Shown here piece by piece: positions 1-25,007 of a stretch of 64,000 bases of DNA (position 1 is the stretch's first letter; the number at the start of each line of letters is the position of its first letter). A model generated the notes under the pieces. The model was not told the DNA's origin. It did no database searches and saw only the letters and a program-made list of their open reading frames with translations. The stretch is from Amoebidium appalachense (lineage: Eukaryota; Protista; Ichthyosporea): contig CAVNZM010000002.1 of NCBI GenBank assembly GCA_963693365.1, forward strand, positions 17,455,615-17,519,614, read 5' to 3'. A program made the position numbers and the translations under genes.

Positions 1-184
1 CTGTGTTTACCCTTGTATATGTGTGTGCCTGCATTTGCCCGTGTATGTGTGTGTGCCCTTGTTTCCCCTTTGGTGTGTGTGCCTCTGCTTGCCCTCGTAT
101 GTGTTTGTGTCTGTGTTTGCTCGTGTGAGTGTGAGTGTGAGTGTGAACGTGAGTGTCTCTGTGTGTACCCTCCTGTGTGTGTCT

Positions 185-297
185 CCCTGTGTGTGCCCCC
201 ATTTGCGTGTCTGCCCCTGTCTGTGTGGGCCCCCCTTTGCGTGTCTGCCCCTGTCTGTGTGTGCCCCCCTTTGCGTGTCTGCCCCTGTCTGTGTGTG
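185..297. repeat. ~35-bp intronic minisatellite, about 3-4 copies
   Basis: Repeated unit ctgcccctgtctgtgtgtgccccc(c)tttgcgtgt. Confidence 0.7.
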
Positions 298-302
298 CCT
301 AC

Positions 303-5596
<5,294 letters not shown>

Positions 5597-5893
5597 TTCT
5601 CCTTGCTACACGCTACCACAACATGCACCGTCAATGCACTATTGTCTCTACAGAAAGTTGGCTTCTTTGCCTGCTTGTGAGAAACTGTATCATGCACTAA
5701 CGAGGACACTATAACTCCTACACGACGTGTGCTAAGTGAGTGTACGCGTGGGTATATAGGCACATGCACACACGTCGCCACACGCGAACTGGCTCAGTCG
5801 GTGCATGTAATGTACACGTGCAAAGTGACTAGTCCAAAATAAGCACCTCGTAGACTTACAACGTGATTGAAGGTGGCCAGATCAAGCAGATAA

Positions 5894-5901
5894 TGACGTC
5901 A
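5894..5901. promoter_or_regulatory. CRE palindrome TGACGTCA upstream of RRP5
   Basis: Perfect ATF/CREB consensus ~300 bp upstream of the ATG. The same motif precedes three other genes. Confidence 0.5.
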
Positions 5902-7091
5902 TTTCCTCTGCCGGGCTGTAGACTAAACAAACCTGTGAGAATGTGCGTTCGCCGCCGGGCGCCGGCGGAAACATGCAGTCTCTGAATGTTGTGGATCATT
6001 TAAGTAAACAGGAGGCCTTGGTGTGCCATACACTCAAAGTGCTGCGATGCCAGGAAAACACGTACCTTATGCAACCGTTGCGGTAAAATACAGAAGTTGT
6101 CCCCCCCGGGCCCCTTCCCCCCCCCCTCCCTCCCCCCCCCCCCCCCCCCCCCCCCCCCCGGCCTCCCCCGGCCCCCCTCCCCCCCCTCCCCCCCTCCCCG
6201 GCCCCTGAGGCACTCACACGTGCACCCCCCCGGACCCAGCTGCAGGCCTTTGCCCACCCACACACCCTAACATGCATATTTAAAAGCAGCATGCACCTCT
6301 ATACACGTGTGATCATGACACTCATCCACTTACACAGAAAGACCGAGGGAGAGAGTGTCCCAGGGACAGAGGCACACACAATTGCAAAACACACACACAC
6401 AGGTGCGCACACACGCGCGCACACAGACATGTACTACTACACACGCACGCACACGTACACATGTGTACACGCTCACACATAAATAATACATGCACATGTG
6501 CACACACACGGTGTCACACACACACATACACACACATACACTGAGCGACACACACATGTACGTGTACACACACACACACACACACGTGCACATATGCATG
6601 TACATGCATTACGTGTACACGCGCACACACACAACCTGTTACACAACCTATGCACTTAAGGAGTCATCCCATCATCTATCCGGTCGGTGATCATAGCTAT
6701 TGGCTGCCTGCATGCCAGAGAACGTAACGGTGACTGTTCGAAGTGCACGTGGCTGCACACGGAATTTCATGGAACCTTCGCCTGACTCTTAAGCACGGTG
6801 CTAGCCAACTACTTGTGGAATCAGCTTCTAATTGTTCAGGGCGACGCTTGGCTTCGATGGGACAATGCACGTGACACTACATGTGGACACACCATATGGC
6901 GAACTCTTTGGGGCCTATGTTTGATGGGTCTTGCGCGCAAGCACAATGTTGAGTGCCCAGTGACGGTTGCTGCATCTTCCCGTGTTTCCTGTTCGTGTGT
7001 GGGCATGGGCATTGCCATCAGTTTCCCAAATTTTATTTCAATGGAGCAATCGAAGCACACCAAACAAGTGTTAATGGTGTTGAATATATTA

Positions 7092-10630
<3,539 letters not shown>

Positions 10631-10785
10631 TTTAGAACATATTGCACTTGGTGGTTTTCAGCTACATGTTTTTGGAGGACCACAAGTAAACTTGGTACTT
10701 CGGCAATGGCAATCTCTCCCTAGACTGATAACACAGTGTGGCAAGAAAGGGGCTGTGTGTGTGTGTGTGTGTGTGTGTGTGGGGT

Positions 10786-10840
<55 letters not shown>

Positions 10841-11424
10841 AAAATGAAAGGGAAAAGGGTCATAACATTTGGCAGATCCGGCAACTGCAGGATTGGGGGG
10901 GGGGGGGGGGGGGGGGGGAGGAAGCGTGAGGCGGGGGGGCCAGGGGGCGGGGGGGGGGGGGGGGAAGGCGTGAGGCGGGGGGGCCAGGGAGGGGGGGGGG
11001 GTTGGGGGGAGGGGAGAGTGAGGTAACAACCACACAACCCAACATCACTAACTGTCTCGTTATGTTTTGGCGCCGGCGCACAGACCTACTTGTATTTATG
11101 AAATCAAAGGGCAGCACACATACGTATGTACATGTATACACACAAGTGTGTGTGTAAATATTGCGTTTCCACGGTCACATGATACGTGTGTCACACAGCG
11201 CTAGTGTGAGGCATGTGTGCGTGCACACGGTGCACGTGACACACACACACACACGTACACACACACACACACGTACACACACACACACACACGTACACAC
11301 ACACACACACACCTGTCATGAAAACAAACAATTGTATCTCGAAAGGCAGCCGTATCTTCCACAATTTGTGAATAATTCTCGTTTTTGCAATTAAGCACAA
11401 ATACGAACCCCAGCTCATCATATA

Positions 11425-11463
<39 letters not shown>

Positions 11464-12174
11464 TTCTTTTTTTTTTCGGTGAGGGTGTGGGTGGGTGGGG
11501 AGAACAGGGAGGGAGGAGGGCCCGCGGGGAAGAGAGGGAGGGGGGGGGGGGGGGGGGGGGAGCCCCTCCTGCTCCAAAATTCAAGCGACCAAAGTGATTT
11601 GGGGGTAGTGCCACCTTTGGCACTGTTTTTGTTTTCTTTTTCAACACTCCGTCGGGATGGGTGCACAGTACTAACTGTCCCCCAGTGGACAACTGACTCA
11701 CTACATACGCTACACTGCTGTGTCCTATATTTAAACACCACTGCTCGGCTGTCTTCCAAGCATGCATACATATGACCTCTACATACTGCTCAAAAACATG
11801 CGTCATTTGTTTCTAATCAAAAACGACGTTACGTGTCGTTCAGTGCTTCTACCAATCCAAAATCAGATTTCTCTCTCACTTCATCAATCCGAAGTCACAC
11901 GTGCTGAGAGGTTGGGAGTGGATGCATTCTGCACACTCTTTCCCCCGTATCAACCTCAAAAGGAAATAAAACTGGAAAATACAGGTACCAACAAAAAAAA
12001 TACAAAAAAAAAAAAGAAGAAGAAGAAGAAGAAAAAGACAAAGAAACAAATTTGACTGTGTGTGTGTGTGTGTGGAGGAGGGAGTGGAGGGGGGGGGGGG
12101 GGGGGGGGGGGGAGTGTGGGTCCAATCATATCCGAACATGTCTCTAAGCATGTGCATAGCCACATGCACGGGCC

Positions 12175-15574
<3,400 letters not shown>

Positions 15575-15847
15575 GCGAAGAGCACATACACGAACAGAGC
15601 ATTGCAGGCACCCACTGTCCGTCCCCCTGCCCAATGACTCTCGTTCTCCCCCTGTTAGGCACTGTCGTGCCAATTTTGCCACCAGCACCCATGCCAAGAC
15701 TTCATGCATGCAAAAACAAACACACGAAAAACACCCACCCACAGACCCCCCCCCCCCCCCCCCCTCCCCCCAGACTCCTGACCTCCACCCTTCCCCCCAC
15801 CTCTTGCCCACAAAAAAAGGAATGAAAGGAGGGATCCCCCCTCCCCC

Positions 15848-15878
<31 letters not shown>

Positions 15879-15920
15879 ACGCCTACCCCCCCCCCCCTCT
15901 CCCTATCACGGCCGCTATGA

Positions 15921-16002
<82 letters not shown>

Positions 16003-16003
<1 letters not shown>

Positions 16004-16144
16004 TAAGGGAAGGGCAGGGCCGGCACAGCCGCCCAGTGGTCAGCCAGCAGTTCGGGTACCTCAGCCACACTCGAAAGAATAAAGTCGGGCTTAGACACAG
16101 TCAGTGTCTCCTCACTCTGCGTGCCTGTGTGGGTCATATCGGGA

Positions 16145-16179
<35 letters not shown>

Positions 16180-16978
16180 TGAATGCGTCAAAAAGTACGA
16201 AGTACACAAGAACAAACGGATAACACGATGCAGAATGCAAGCCATACATAAAGAGTATGCATAATAAGCAGAGCCCATCCTCAGGGGGGGCCCACGTCAT
16301 CCACAGTACCCGAGTTTCGACCTATTCCCCTCGTTAACGAAACCCAACTCAGATACTGTTTCACTTGAACATGAGTAGGTCACCCGTCTTGATCAGAGAC
16401 GAGCAGGGTTGCTTATGCAGGCAAGGGCAGTGGGAAAGGCCGGGGGTTAAAGTTGCAGCAGTAAGCAGAAGCAAGAAAAATATAGATAGGAACTCAGGAG
16501 ACGGGGCTTCTAGGAAGCTCCCCCGTCGATACCTAAGTCGATACTTCCCTGGCTAACATACTACACCAGCTGAAAAGAATTAAGTCCCGAAGGCCACAGA
16601 ATTCGTAATCAGAGGGGAAAATATGAGATTTGACCCACGCCGCAGGGTAGTAACACGCTTACTAGGGCGGAACTTTATCGTCTTCGAACGGAAAGCTATG
16701 CCCCCGGATGTCAGCCGGAAATATGGTATCACCCATTGCTTTGGGCTTGAAAAAAGCCAAACCGATAGTCCGAGTTATGTTACGCCGGCGGGTAACATGC
16801 CGCATGGGTTCCAAGGGAGCTGTCGCCAACAGAGCGGTGTGTGCATGCGTGCGCGTAACGCAATGTGTGAAGTGTGTCTATAGCTATGAAAGGGGGTATG
16901 CAGAAGTGGACAGATGAAGTGTGTGGAGAGAAAAACAGTAAGAAGAAAAGTAGACACCGGTATGTGCAACCCCGCACA

Positions 16979-17013
<35 letters not shown>

Positions 17014-17075
17014 AATAAGCGAAGATTACAGGTAATCAACCAGAACAACAAATGACAAGCAAAACAACAGGCGCC

Positions 17076-17106
<31 letters not shown>

Positions 17107-17111
17107 AGGAA

Positions 17112-17202
<91 letters not shown>

Positions 17203-17717
17203 GGAGGGGGAGAGAGAGAGAGAGAAGGTGGGGGGGGGGGGGGGGGGGGGGGGGGGGAGGGGGGAGAGGGAGGGAGGGGGGTCTTAGGGATGCTGCAGAA
17301 TCGTCAGATATTAGACAAATCGTACCAATACGATCATTCTCTCATATATGTGAGAAGATTGTGACTAACGATGTGCAGATCTGGTTAAGACCTGTTGGGT
17401 GTGCAGAGAAAATGGGAGGGGAAGGAGGAGGGAAAGGGGGAGGGGGGGGGGGAAGTAAGAGAGGGGAGGGAATGTTAGAGTGTCAGTAGTCTCAGGGGAC
17501 CCTGCAGAGTCGTTAGATGTCAGACAAAAACGCACCAACGACCAAGTTCTCCGAGGGGAGAAATGCGTAAAACGTTCTGCAGAGTGGGTTAGAGACCTGC
17601 TGATGAGAAGAGTGTATACAGGGTTTGGCCAGGGGGGGGGGGGGGGGGGGGGGGGGGGAAGGGGGGGGGAAAAAGAAGGTAGGAGGGGAAGGGGGGGGGG
17701 GGGGGAGGGAGAAGGGG

Positions 17718-17775
<58 letters not shown>

Positions 17776-17805
17776 GGGAAGGGAGGGGAGGGAGGGAGGG
17801 GGAAG

Positions 17806-17854
<49 letters not shown>

Positions 17855-17980
17855 CTGTGGTGGACAGATCAGAGACGAGACCTCCATTTCAAAACTTACC
17901 AGGCAACCCAAAAAACTTAGCCGGCTGAGAAAGAAGAACGGCGGGGGAATTGTTTGGGAAAAGGAGCGGGGGGAGAGAGA

Positions 17981-18013
<33 letters not shown>

Positions 18014-18225
18014 GGGGGAAGGGGGGGGAGAGGGGGAGAGAGGGGGAGAGGGAGAGAGAGAGAGAGGGAGGGAGAGAACGAGAGAGAACGAAAGAGAGCG
18101 AGAGAGGGAGACAGAGAGAGAGAGAGGGAGGGAGAGAGAGGGAGAGGGAGAGAGAGAGGGAGAGAGAGAGGGAGGGGGGGGGAGGGGGGGGGGGGGGGGG
18201 GGGGGGGGAGGTGTAGGGGCTGGTA

Positions 18226-18258
<33 letters not shown>

Positions 18259-18600
18259 AACCGGGGGGGGGGGATAGAGTGGGGGACTAGGGAGTGTTGA
18301 TCTTTTTAGTGATGATGGAGAGTATGTGAGAGGAGTGAACGCCACGGTATATGTGCGGGTGTGTGGCGAGAAAGCTGTGCATTTTGTGGTGCAAGAGTCT
18401 AAACGAGTAGCCTTTGTTAAGCAATGTTTTAGCAAGTCGTGCAGTGCATGTGGTGAATGCAGCAAGTGTGGAGCATTTGCGCTGGTAGCTATGCATTTGA
18501 CTTGTCATGATGCCGTATTTTGCAGTGCGGGAGATGAATGAGTCGTGATGTGGGAAACGAACGATGTCTAGTGTATTGAACGTGGGTGTGTCGAGCTTGT

Positions 18601-18641
<41 letters not shown>

Positions 18642-19486
18642 TGAGTCCAGGGGGCCCACCGTAGGATCAGGGGGCCCACCGTAGGATCAGTTTGCATGAA
18701 CAAACAGACTAGAGAATGACCAGGAGGCACGAAGAAAGCAACCAAAACCAAAACAAAAAAAAAAGGGGAGGGAAAAAAACAATGTAATTAATAATTATTT
18801 AATAGTTGCTTAAAAAAAAACACCACGTGCCCACCCAGTGCAAGCAGTGACCGCACCCACCCGTCAGCACGGCTGCGGTCCAGCAGCCTGCATTTTTTCC
18901 CTCCTCCACATCCACCGTGGTGTCCCCCACCTGCCTTAATGTCAGTAAACTGGGCACTGGCCTGCACGTGCAACCAAACATAGCAGACACCCATAACTAA
19001 TAGCAATCCAGCTCGAGTTCACCACTCCATCCCTCACTTCTCCCCCCCCCCCCCCCCCCCCCTCCTCCCCTCCCTTTTCCTCCAACCCCAGGCCAATATG
19101 CCAAGCCATTTCCCACCCACTAACACAGAACCACAACAACAACAAAAACAACAACGACAGCGACCCCGCAAAAGAAGAAGAAGAAGAAGAAGAAGAAGAA
19201 GAAGGGAACGAAGTGAGAAAAAAAAAGTTTTAAAAAAAAAAAAAATAACACAGAAAAGGCAATGGCACTGTTGGTAGCATGAGAGTTGACACGACAAGCA
19301 TTGGTTGCAGAACTCCGGGACCACCTTTAGTCTTATGGTAGCAACAAGGGGATGAAACTTTAATGCGAGAAGGAGAAGGAAGAGGGAGAGGGGGGGGGGG
19401 GGGGGGGGGGGGGTTACTTTGAGCACGTGCTTTGGGTTGTCGATTCCACAATGCTTCATAGCTGACCGGATAAGGGCAGGGTCTGG

Positions 19487-19582
<96 letters not shown>

Positions 19583-20854
19583 GTTTGTATGTGCCCACCA
19601 GCGTGTGCGCATCTTCCTTCAATTCTTCCTTCAATACATCCCTCCTTCATTCTACCTGCACCGCCCAACACCCGAGCTCCCATCTGCCACTGTCCCCAAC
19701 ATGACACTAGGGGGCCAGCGGGCCAGGAAGGGTGTGGCATGTGCATATTTTTTTCTTTTCTTTCTTTCTTTCTCTTTTTTTGGGTGGGGGAAGGGGGGGG
19801 GGGGGGGGGGGGGAGACACCGAACAGACCACAAAATCACAGGTGGGAGGGAGGGTGGCAGGGAGGGGCGGGGGGGGGGGGGGGGGGGGGGGGGGAGGGGG
19901 GGGGGGCTAATGGTTTTGTACCTGCCGGCACCCTCCTTCTCAGCCGAGCTGTAGTAGTCCAGCAGGTCAGCCCAGCCCATGCGCTGTACTAGTGTCTCCA
20001 CAACCCCATGCGGGAACCCACTGCCTGCACACTATGGGTCAGAGTCTGTGTGCATGGGTTAGCTCGTTGATATGGCAGTGCACACCTGTAGTATTTCTTT
20101 CCTTGCACCTCCCCCCCCCCCCCCCCCCCCCCCCCCCCTTCTTCTTCTTCTTCTTCTTTTTTTTTTTGGCGTGCTTTTCTGATTCGCGCCCCTTCAATCA
20201 CCCAGCGAGCTTCAGTAGAGAACACTTCATCCTCCCTCGGTCAACCCCCTCCCCCTCCCCCCCCCCCCCCCCCCCCCCCCCCCCCAGCCCCAACCCCTTA
20301 TCCCCCACCAGAACAATGGCCGACAACTAAAAGCATATCATTCCCCCCAGCTTGAGCACTTTCACTGCTGTTACACCCCAAATAAACACACAAACCCTAT
20401 ATATGGCTACGAATCAAACCTCCATATATGGCTAAGAATTACACCTCATATCTGGCTAAGAATTAAAGCCCATACCATCACCATTGTTACCCCATATACG
20501 GCTTAGAATCAACATCCCATATATGGCTAAGAATGAAGAATACGCACCGGCAGCAATCTTGACCCCCCCTTCCTTCAGGGCCTTAATTGTGGCCGTGGCC
20601 CCAGCAATCTCCTTATCGATCAGCATCAGTGATCTGTCCAGCTCCACCTTGAACTGCTCGTATATGCGGTCCACATCCTCGGCAGAGGCTTGTCCCTCCT
20701 TAACCTCACGAAGAATTCCTTCGACTGCTGCACGTTTTTCAAAGCCTGTAGAGAGGAATGGGTGAGAGTGCTGTTATTAATGTTGCACATCTAGGGAACG
20801 GGTGGGGGTGGGGTGGAGGTGGGTGGGTGGGTGTGTGTGTGGGGGGGGGGGGGT

Positions 20855-20890
<36 letters not shown>

Positions 20891-22114
20891 GAGGGGGGGG
20901 GAGGGGGAGGGGTATGGAGCAGATTGTTAGCAAAGTAAAAGCCGAGACGAGCAAGAAAAATATAGTGACGACAAAACGTGAACACGAAAAAACCTCGAAT
21001 TGTGGAGGGGGTCGTGCGAGAGTAGGCGGGTGAAGGGGGATGTGTGCAAAAGGTGCAAAGAAGGGAGAAGGTTTGAAGCAGCTCTTCGGGAATGAGTGGG
21101 GATGAGATGAAGCAACAAGATGGATTCATCCGAGTGCAGAGTGGTAACACATCAGTTGGTTGCTATATATTGTTAGCACATATTGGTATGTTCAACAGTG
21201 GGCACTCCTTGGCTTTGGCAGCCTTTGACCGGGTCTGCCGCGATATATATATGTAAAGCCCTTTCCTTTTTAGACAATTGTTGCAGTGTTTGGTTAAATA
21301 TGTGTTGATTGACTGCTCTGACTGCAACCCAACAATACCGACACAATGTTCTCCATGACCCCACCTACAAATGCCTCTCATATAGCTCTGAGTACTCATG
21401 CTACTCATACAAAGCATTTTACTTTTTACCTCCTTACCTTCAAAACATCACATACCTCGAAACTTGTTGACATCCTCGAGGGTGATATCAATCCCAGACC
21501 CGCTGAAGGCCGCCTTCATAGCAACCGTCACCAGCGGCAACCCCCCGATAGTGTCATAGACTGAAGTGAACGAGGTGTGAGCACCAAACTACCCCAAATG
21601 GACTCAAGCTACACACACAGAAACGAGGTAGTGCGCCCCTCGCTCCCCCAACCCCCCCCCCCCCCCCACACACACACACACACACCTCCCCCCCCCCCCC
21701 CCCCCTTCACCCCCTCCTCATCACTGCCCCACTGACATACACAAGTACACGCACATCTCTAACCCCCCCCCCCTCCGTTCTTAACCTCTCCCCCCCCCCC
21801 CCCCCCCCCCCCCCCCCCGCCCGCGTTCTCTCAGTGTGTGAACTTCACCTTTTTTGCTTTTGCACATGGTCTCCGTCCACTAATCCCCCTCTCCCCGCCC
21901 GTTTCCCCGCCCCCTCTTCTTAACTACATTATCACCACCCCCAAAATCTTTCCAAGCTTCTCCCTCCCTTCTAATTATTCATGTGCGTGTGATGCATCAA
22001 CGATTGTGGGTAGGCTGCCCGGGCACCGAAGCAAACAGCTTTTCTAGTGTTCCTCTGCTTCTGAGCAGATAAAAGAGAGGGACAGAGACTCTTACAAATA
22101 TTTGCTCTCCCCCC

Positions 22115-22167
<53 letters not shown>

Positions 22168-22833
22168 GAGAGAAGAAGAGAAAGAAAAGAAAAGAAAAGA
22201 ACAGAAAGGGTAAAAAAGGAATAGAGGAAGAAAAGAAGAGAAGGATAAAATAGCGGAAAACCAATATATCCTCATCCTCACACATCTTAATAATTACATG
22301 TTCCTCGCTCCCTCCTTTCCCGTCAAAGTCCTTTCTCCCGTCCTGACCCGGCCGGTCTCCGTACAGAACACCGTGTCCCTCAATCCGGCTCAAAATACAC
22401 CCTCCAGGCCAGCCCATTTCACACATCCCAGCTTCATCCGAACCATACCATCCAGTGAACACCGCACTACTTTCGAAACCAAAGATGGGCAAGGTTTTTG
22501 TTAGCTCACCCTGACTATTTTATGCAAGGCCATTCTGTCCTCTTCCGCAGCCGTTATTACTAGAGTTTGCCTCAGTAATCTTGCTTGCTTTGGCCCAGCA
22601 TCTTGAAGTCCTCATGAGCATGATGTGGACCAAGTTCAGCACTTTTGTATTGCGACGCAAAAGGAAAACAGGAGGTATGGTATTTTTGTTGTAAGCAAGG
22701 GTGGTGTTCGGGGGGGGGGGGGGGGGGGGGGGAGAGGGGGGGGGGGGGGGGGGGGGGGGGGACGGGGACCTGTTGTGCCGGCCAGGTCGAAAACCACCAG
22801 CTTGATGCAGTTCATAGCCAACCCCGACGCCAT
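16003..22833 (-). CDS. HAD-superfamily phosphonatase-like (PhnX-like) hydrolase
   Basis: Exons 22833-22770, 21560-21456, 20745-20548, 20024-19922, 19487-19418, 18930-18861 and 16124-16003. Motifs: motif I VVFDLAGTT, cap G-x-x-K, GSGF, GRPDPALI, KVGDTTVDVEEGKNAG, VLTG, PDFILSSVAEVPELL. One acceptor reads CG instead of AG. Confidence 0.88.
16178..16851 (-). mobile_element. Non-autonomous retroposon family, full-length copy B, in the last intron of the HAD gene
   Basis: Near-identical to 1991-2665 with the same 5' and 3' boundaries. The 3' end abuts (C)n, 53 nt upstream of the acceptor. Confidence 0.85.
17280..17597 (-). other. Two diverged copies (17280-17392, 17488-17597) of a ~110-nt structured sequence
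   Basis: Both copies keep nested stems (ggtct/agac, ctgca/tgcag, cgtt/(a,g)acg, ttctc/gagaa) despite many substitutions. Confidence 0.55.
18287..18600 (-). mobile_element. Penelope-like retroelement remnant: C-terminal RT thumb region
   Basis: IVRFPHHDSFISRTAKYGIMTSQMHSYQRKCST...F...L...LLNKGYSFRLL...F followed by a stop. This resembles the PLE RT C-terminus FP..S.I...YG...SQL.RY...C....F.....L...L...GY. Flanked by (C)n on both sides. Confidence 0.7.
20396..20534. repeat. ~25-bp minisatellite (ccatatatggctaagaat core, 5 copies) next to a HAD donor site
   Basis: Directly visible tandem copies with one interruption. Confidence 0.75.
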
Positions 22834-23001
22834 TTTCGAGCCTGATGTATTGCTGCGTGTGCCCTGATCCTCGGAACTGTTATGAGTAGTGTAACGTTAA
22901 CGGTGGTCTGTGTGAGTAGCTGAGACTGAGTCAGAACAAGCAGACCAGAGTCAGAACACCGTCTCACTGAGCCGGCCTCGCGACGCCTTATCATCAACAC
23001 A

Positions 23002-23009
23002 TGACGTCA
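23002..23009. promoter_or_regulatory. CRE palindrome upstream of the HAD hydrolase gene
   Basis: TGACGTCA ~170 bp upstream of the ATG, with an ATTGG (CCAAT box) at ~23055. Confidence 0.5.
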
Positions 23010-23539
23010 GGCCAGGGCTCGCCACATAACCATATTTGGGAAAAAATGGTTTCAATTGGTTAAGATCGCACCACTCCCGCCGTTTTGGCGCGAAAATTCC
23101 CCTCGCCGACCTCCCGACCCCCGAGTCCGGTCCCCTCCTCCCTCCCTCCCTCCCCCCCCCCCCCCCCCCCCCCCCCGCCCCGCCCCAAATCCCCGCCCTC
23201 CCCTTCCCGCCATCCCTTCACCCCCTGCCCACGCCCGCGGCTGGGATCCCCTTCACACAATTTCACAACGACCACCACCGTGGCATCATCACAACTCTAC
23301 CGTTTCTTTGTGCCTCTTTCTCTAACCCCCCCCCCCCCCCCCCCCCCCCCTCCCCACCCCACATGCTCTGAGTAATGCAGCTCCATATTGCCCGTTATGT
23401 TCGATATGTAGCATCTCCTTTTACAACTTCAGCTGTCACCCCCGGGCGCCCCTTCCCACTTCCATCCTCATTTCAAGAGCCGCCCTCCCCCACCCACTCC
23501 TTCCCTTCCCCATAAGGCTTCTTAGTTTGGAGTTCTCTC

Positions 23540-23556
23540 TATTCTCTCTCTCTCTT

Positions 23557-23614
<58 letters not shown>

Positions 23615-23633
23615 CCTCCCTCCCTCCCTCCCT

Positions 23634-23684
<51 letters not shown>

Positions 23685-23713
23685 CCCCCCCCCCCCCCTC
23701 CCTCCCTCCCTCC

Positions 23714-23763
<50 letters not shown>

Positions 23764-23860
23764 CCCCCCCCCTCCCTCCCTCCCCTCTCTCTATCTCCCC
23801 TCTTCTCTCTCTCTCTCTCTCTCTCCCTCTCCCTCTCCCTCTCCCTCTCTTTCTCTCTCT
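23540..23860. repeat. (TC)n / (TCCC)n compound microsatellite
   Basis: Directly visible. Confidence 0.9.
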
Positions 23861-24785
23861 GTCTCTCTGACTCCCCCCCTCCCCCCCCGAGGCTCTCTCT
23901 CTCTCTTCCCCCCCCCCCCTCCCCCCTTCCCTTTGCTCATTTGCTGTCTCGCTAGCTGCCTCTTGCTTCCTTAACTCCAGATGCACTCCTGCTTTTACCT
24001 TATGTGCCGTTTCTCCTGTAACACCTCTCCTGTTGCTCCGAACCCCTATGCTGTTTCTCTATCTCTTTCCTTTCCCCTTTTTCTTCTTGCATAATAATCT
24101 CCGTGACACTGTCACATCAGCCCCAAACACACACGGACATGTGTACATACAAACACAAGCACTTGGGCCCAGCCACACACACACGTACATGCCCACACCG
24201 ATCAACCACACCACTACCTATCCTCGGGAGTATGAGGTACTACCACACACCACAACACACCCAAAACCCCATCACACATAACACAAACCCCGATTAGCAT
24301 AATTGGCTCCTGGGGGCAGGTAATCACCCAAAAAATGGGGGCAGTCGTCCTATGTTCCGTCCCCGCTTCTTTTCTTCTGCTTTCGGTCACTGCATAGAAC
24401 TACTTGCATGCACCACTACGCCACTTCGGCAATACAGAAAGAACACCTGCACAGCAGTCGCGCACGCACACACACACAAATGCCTCTCATGCGCACCTAA
24501 ACTCACTCACATGTACCAAACCAGACACACAATATCACACCGGTTGCACGGACTAATATCCTGGCACACTCACCTGGCACTTATGTAGAAACGCGCCCAT
24601 GTCCCGTGTGTCACACTCACACAGCTCGCACTAAGATTACAAAGATAGCAAAATGCACGCTTCTCCTCCTCCCCGTATCCTCAACCCCGCCTTTTTCAGA
24701 GCTCGAGTCTCATTCCTCACTTTCCCCTCTCTCCGCCCCATCCCCGTCGATGAATTTAAGTTGGCCCGCACACTATATAAACGAG

Positions 24786-24844
<59 letters not shown>

Positions 24845-24859
24845 ACACGCACACACACA

Positions 24860-24906
<47 letters not shown>

Positions 24907-24909
24907 CGT

Positions 24910-24954
<45 letters not shown>

Positions 24955-24973
24955 CCCACACACCCACACACGT

Positions 24974-25007
<34 letters not shown>

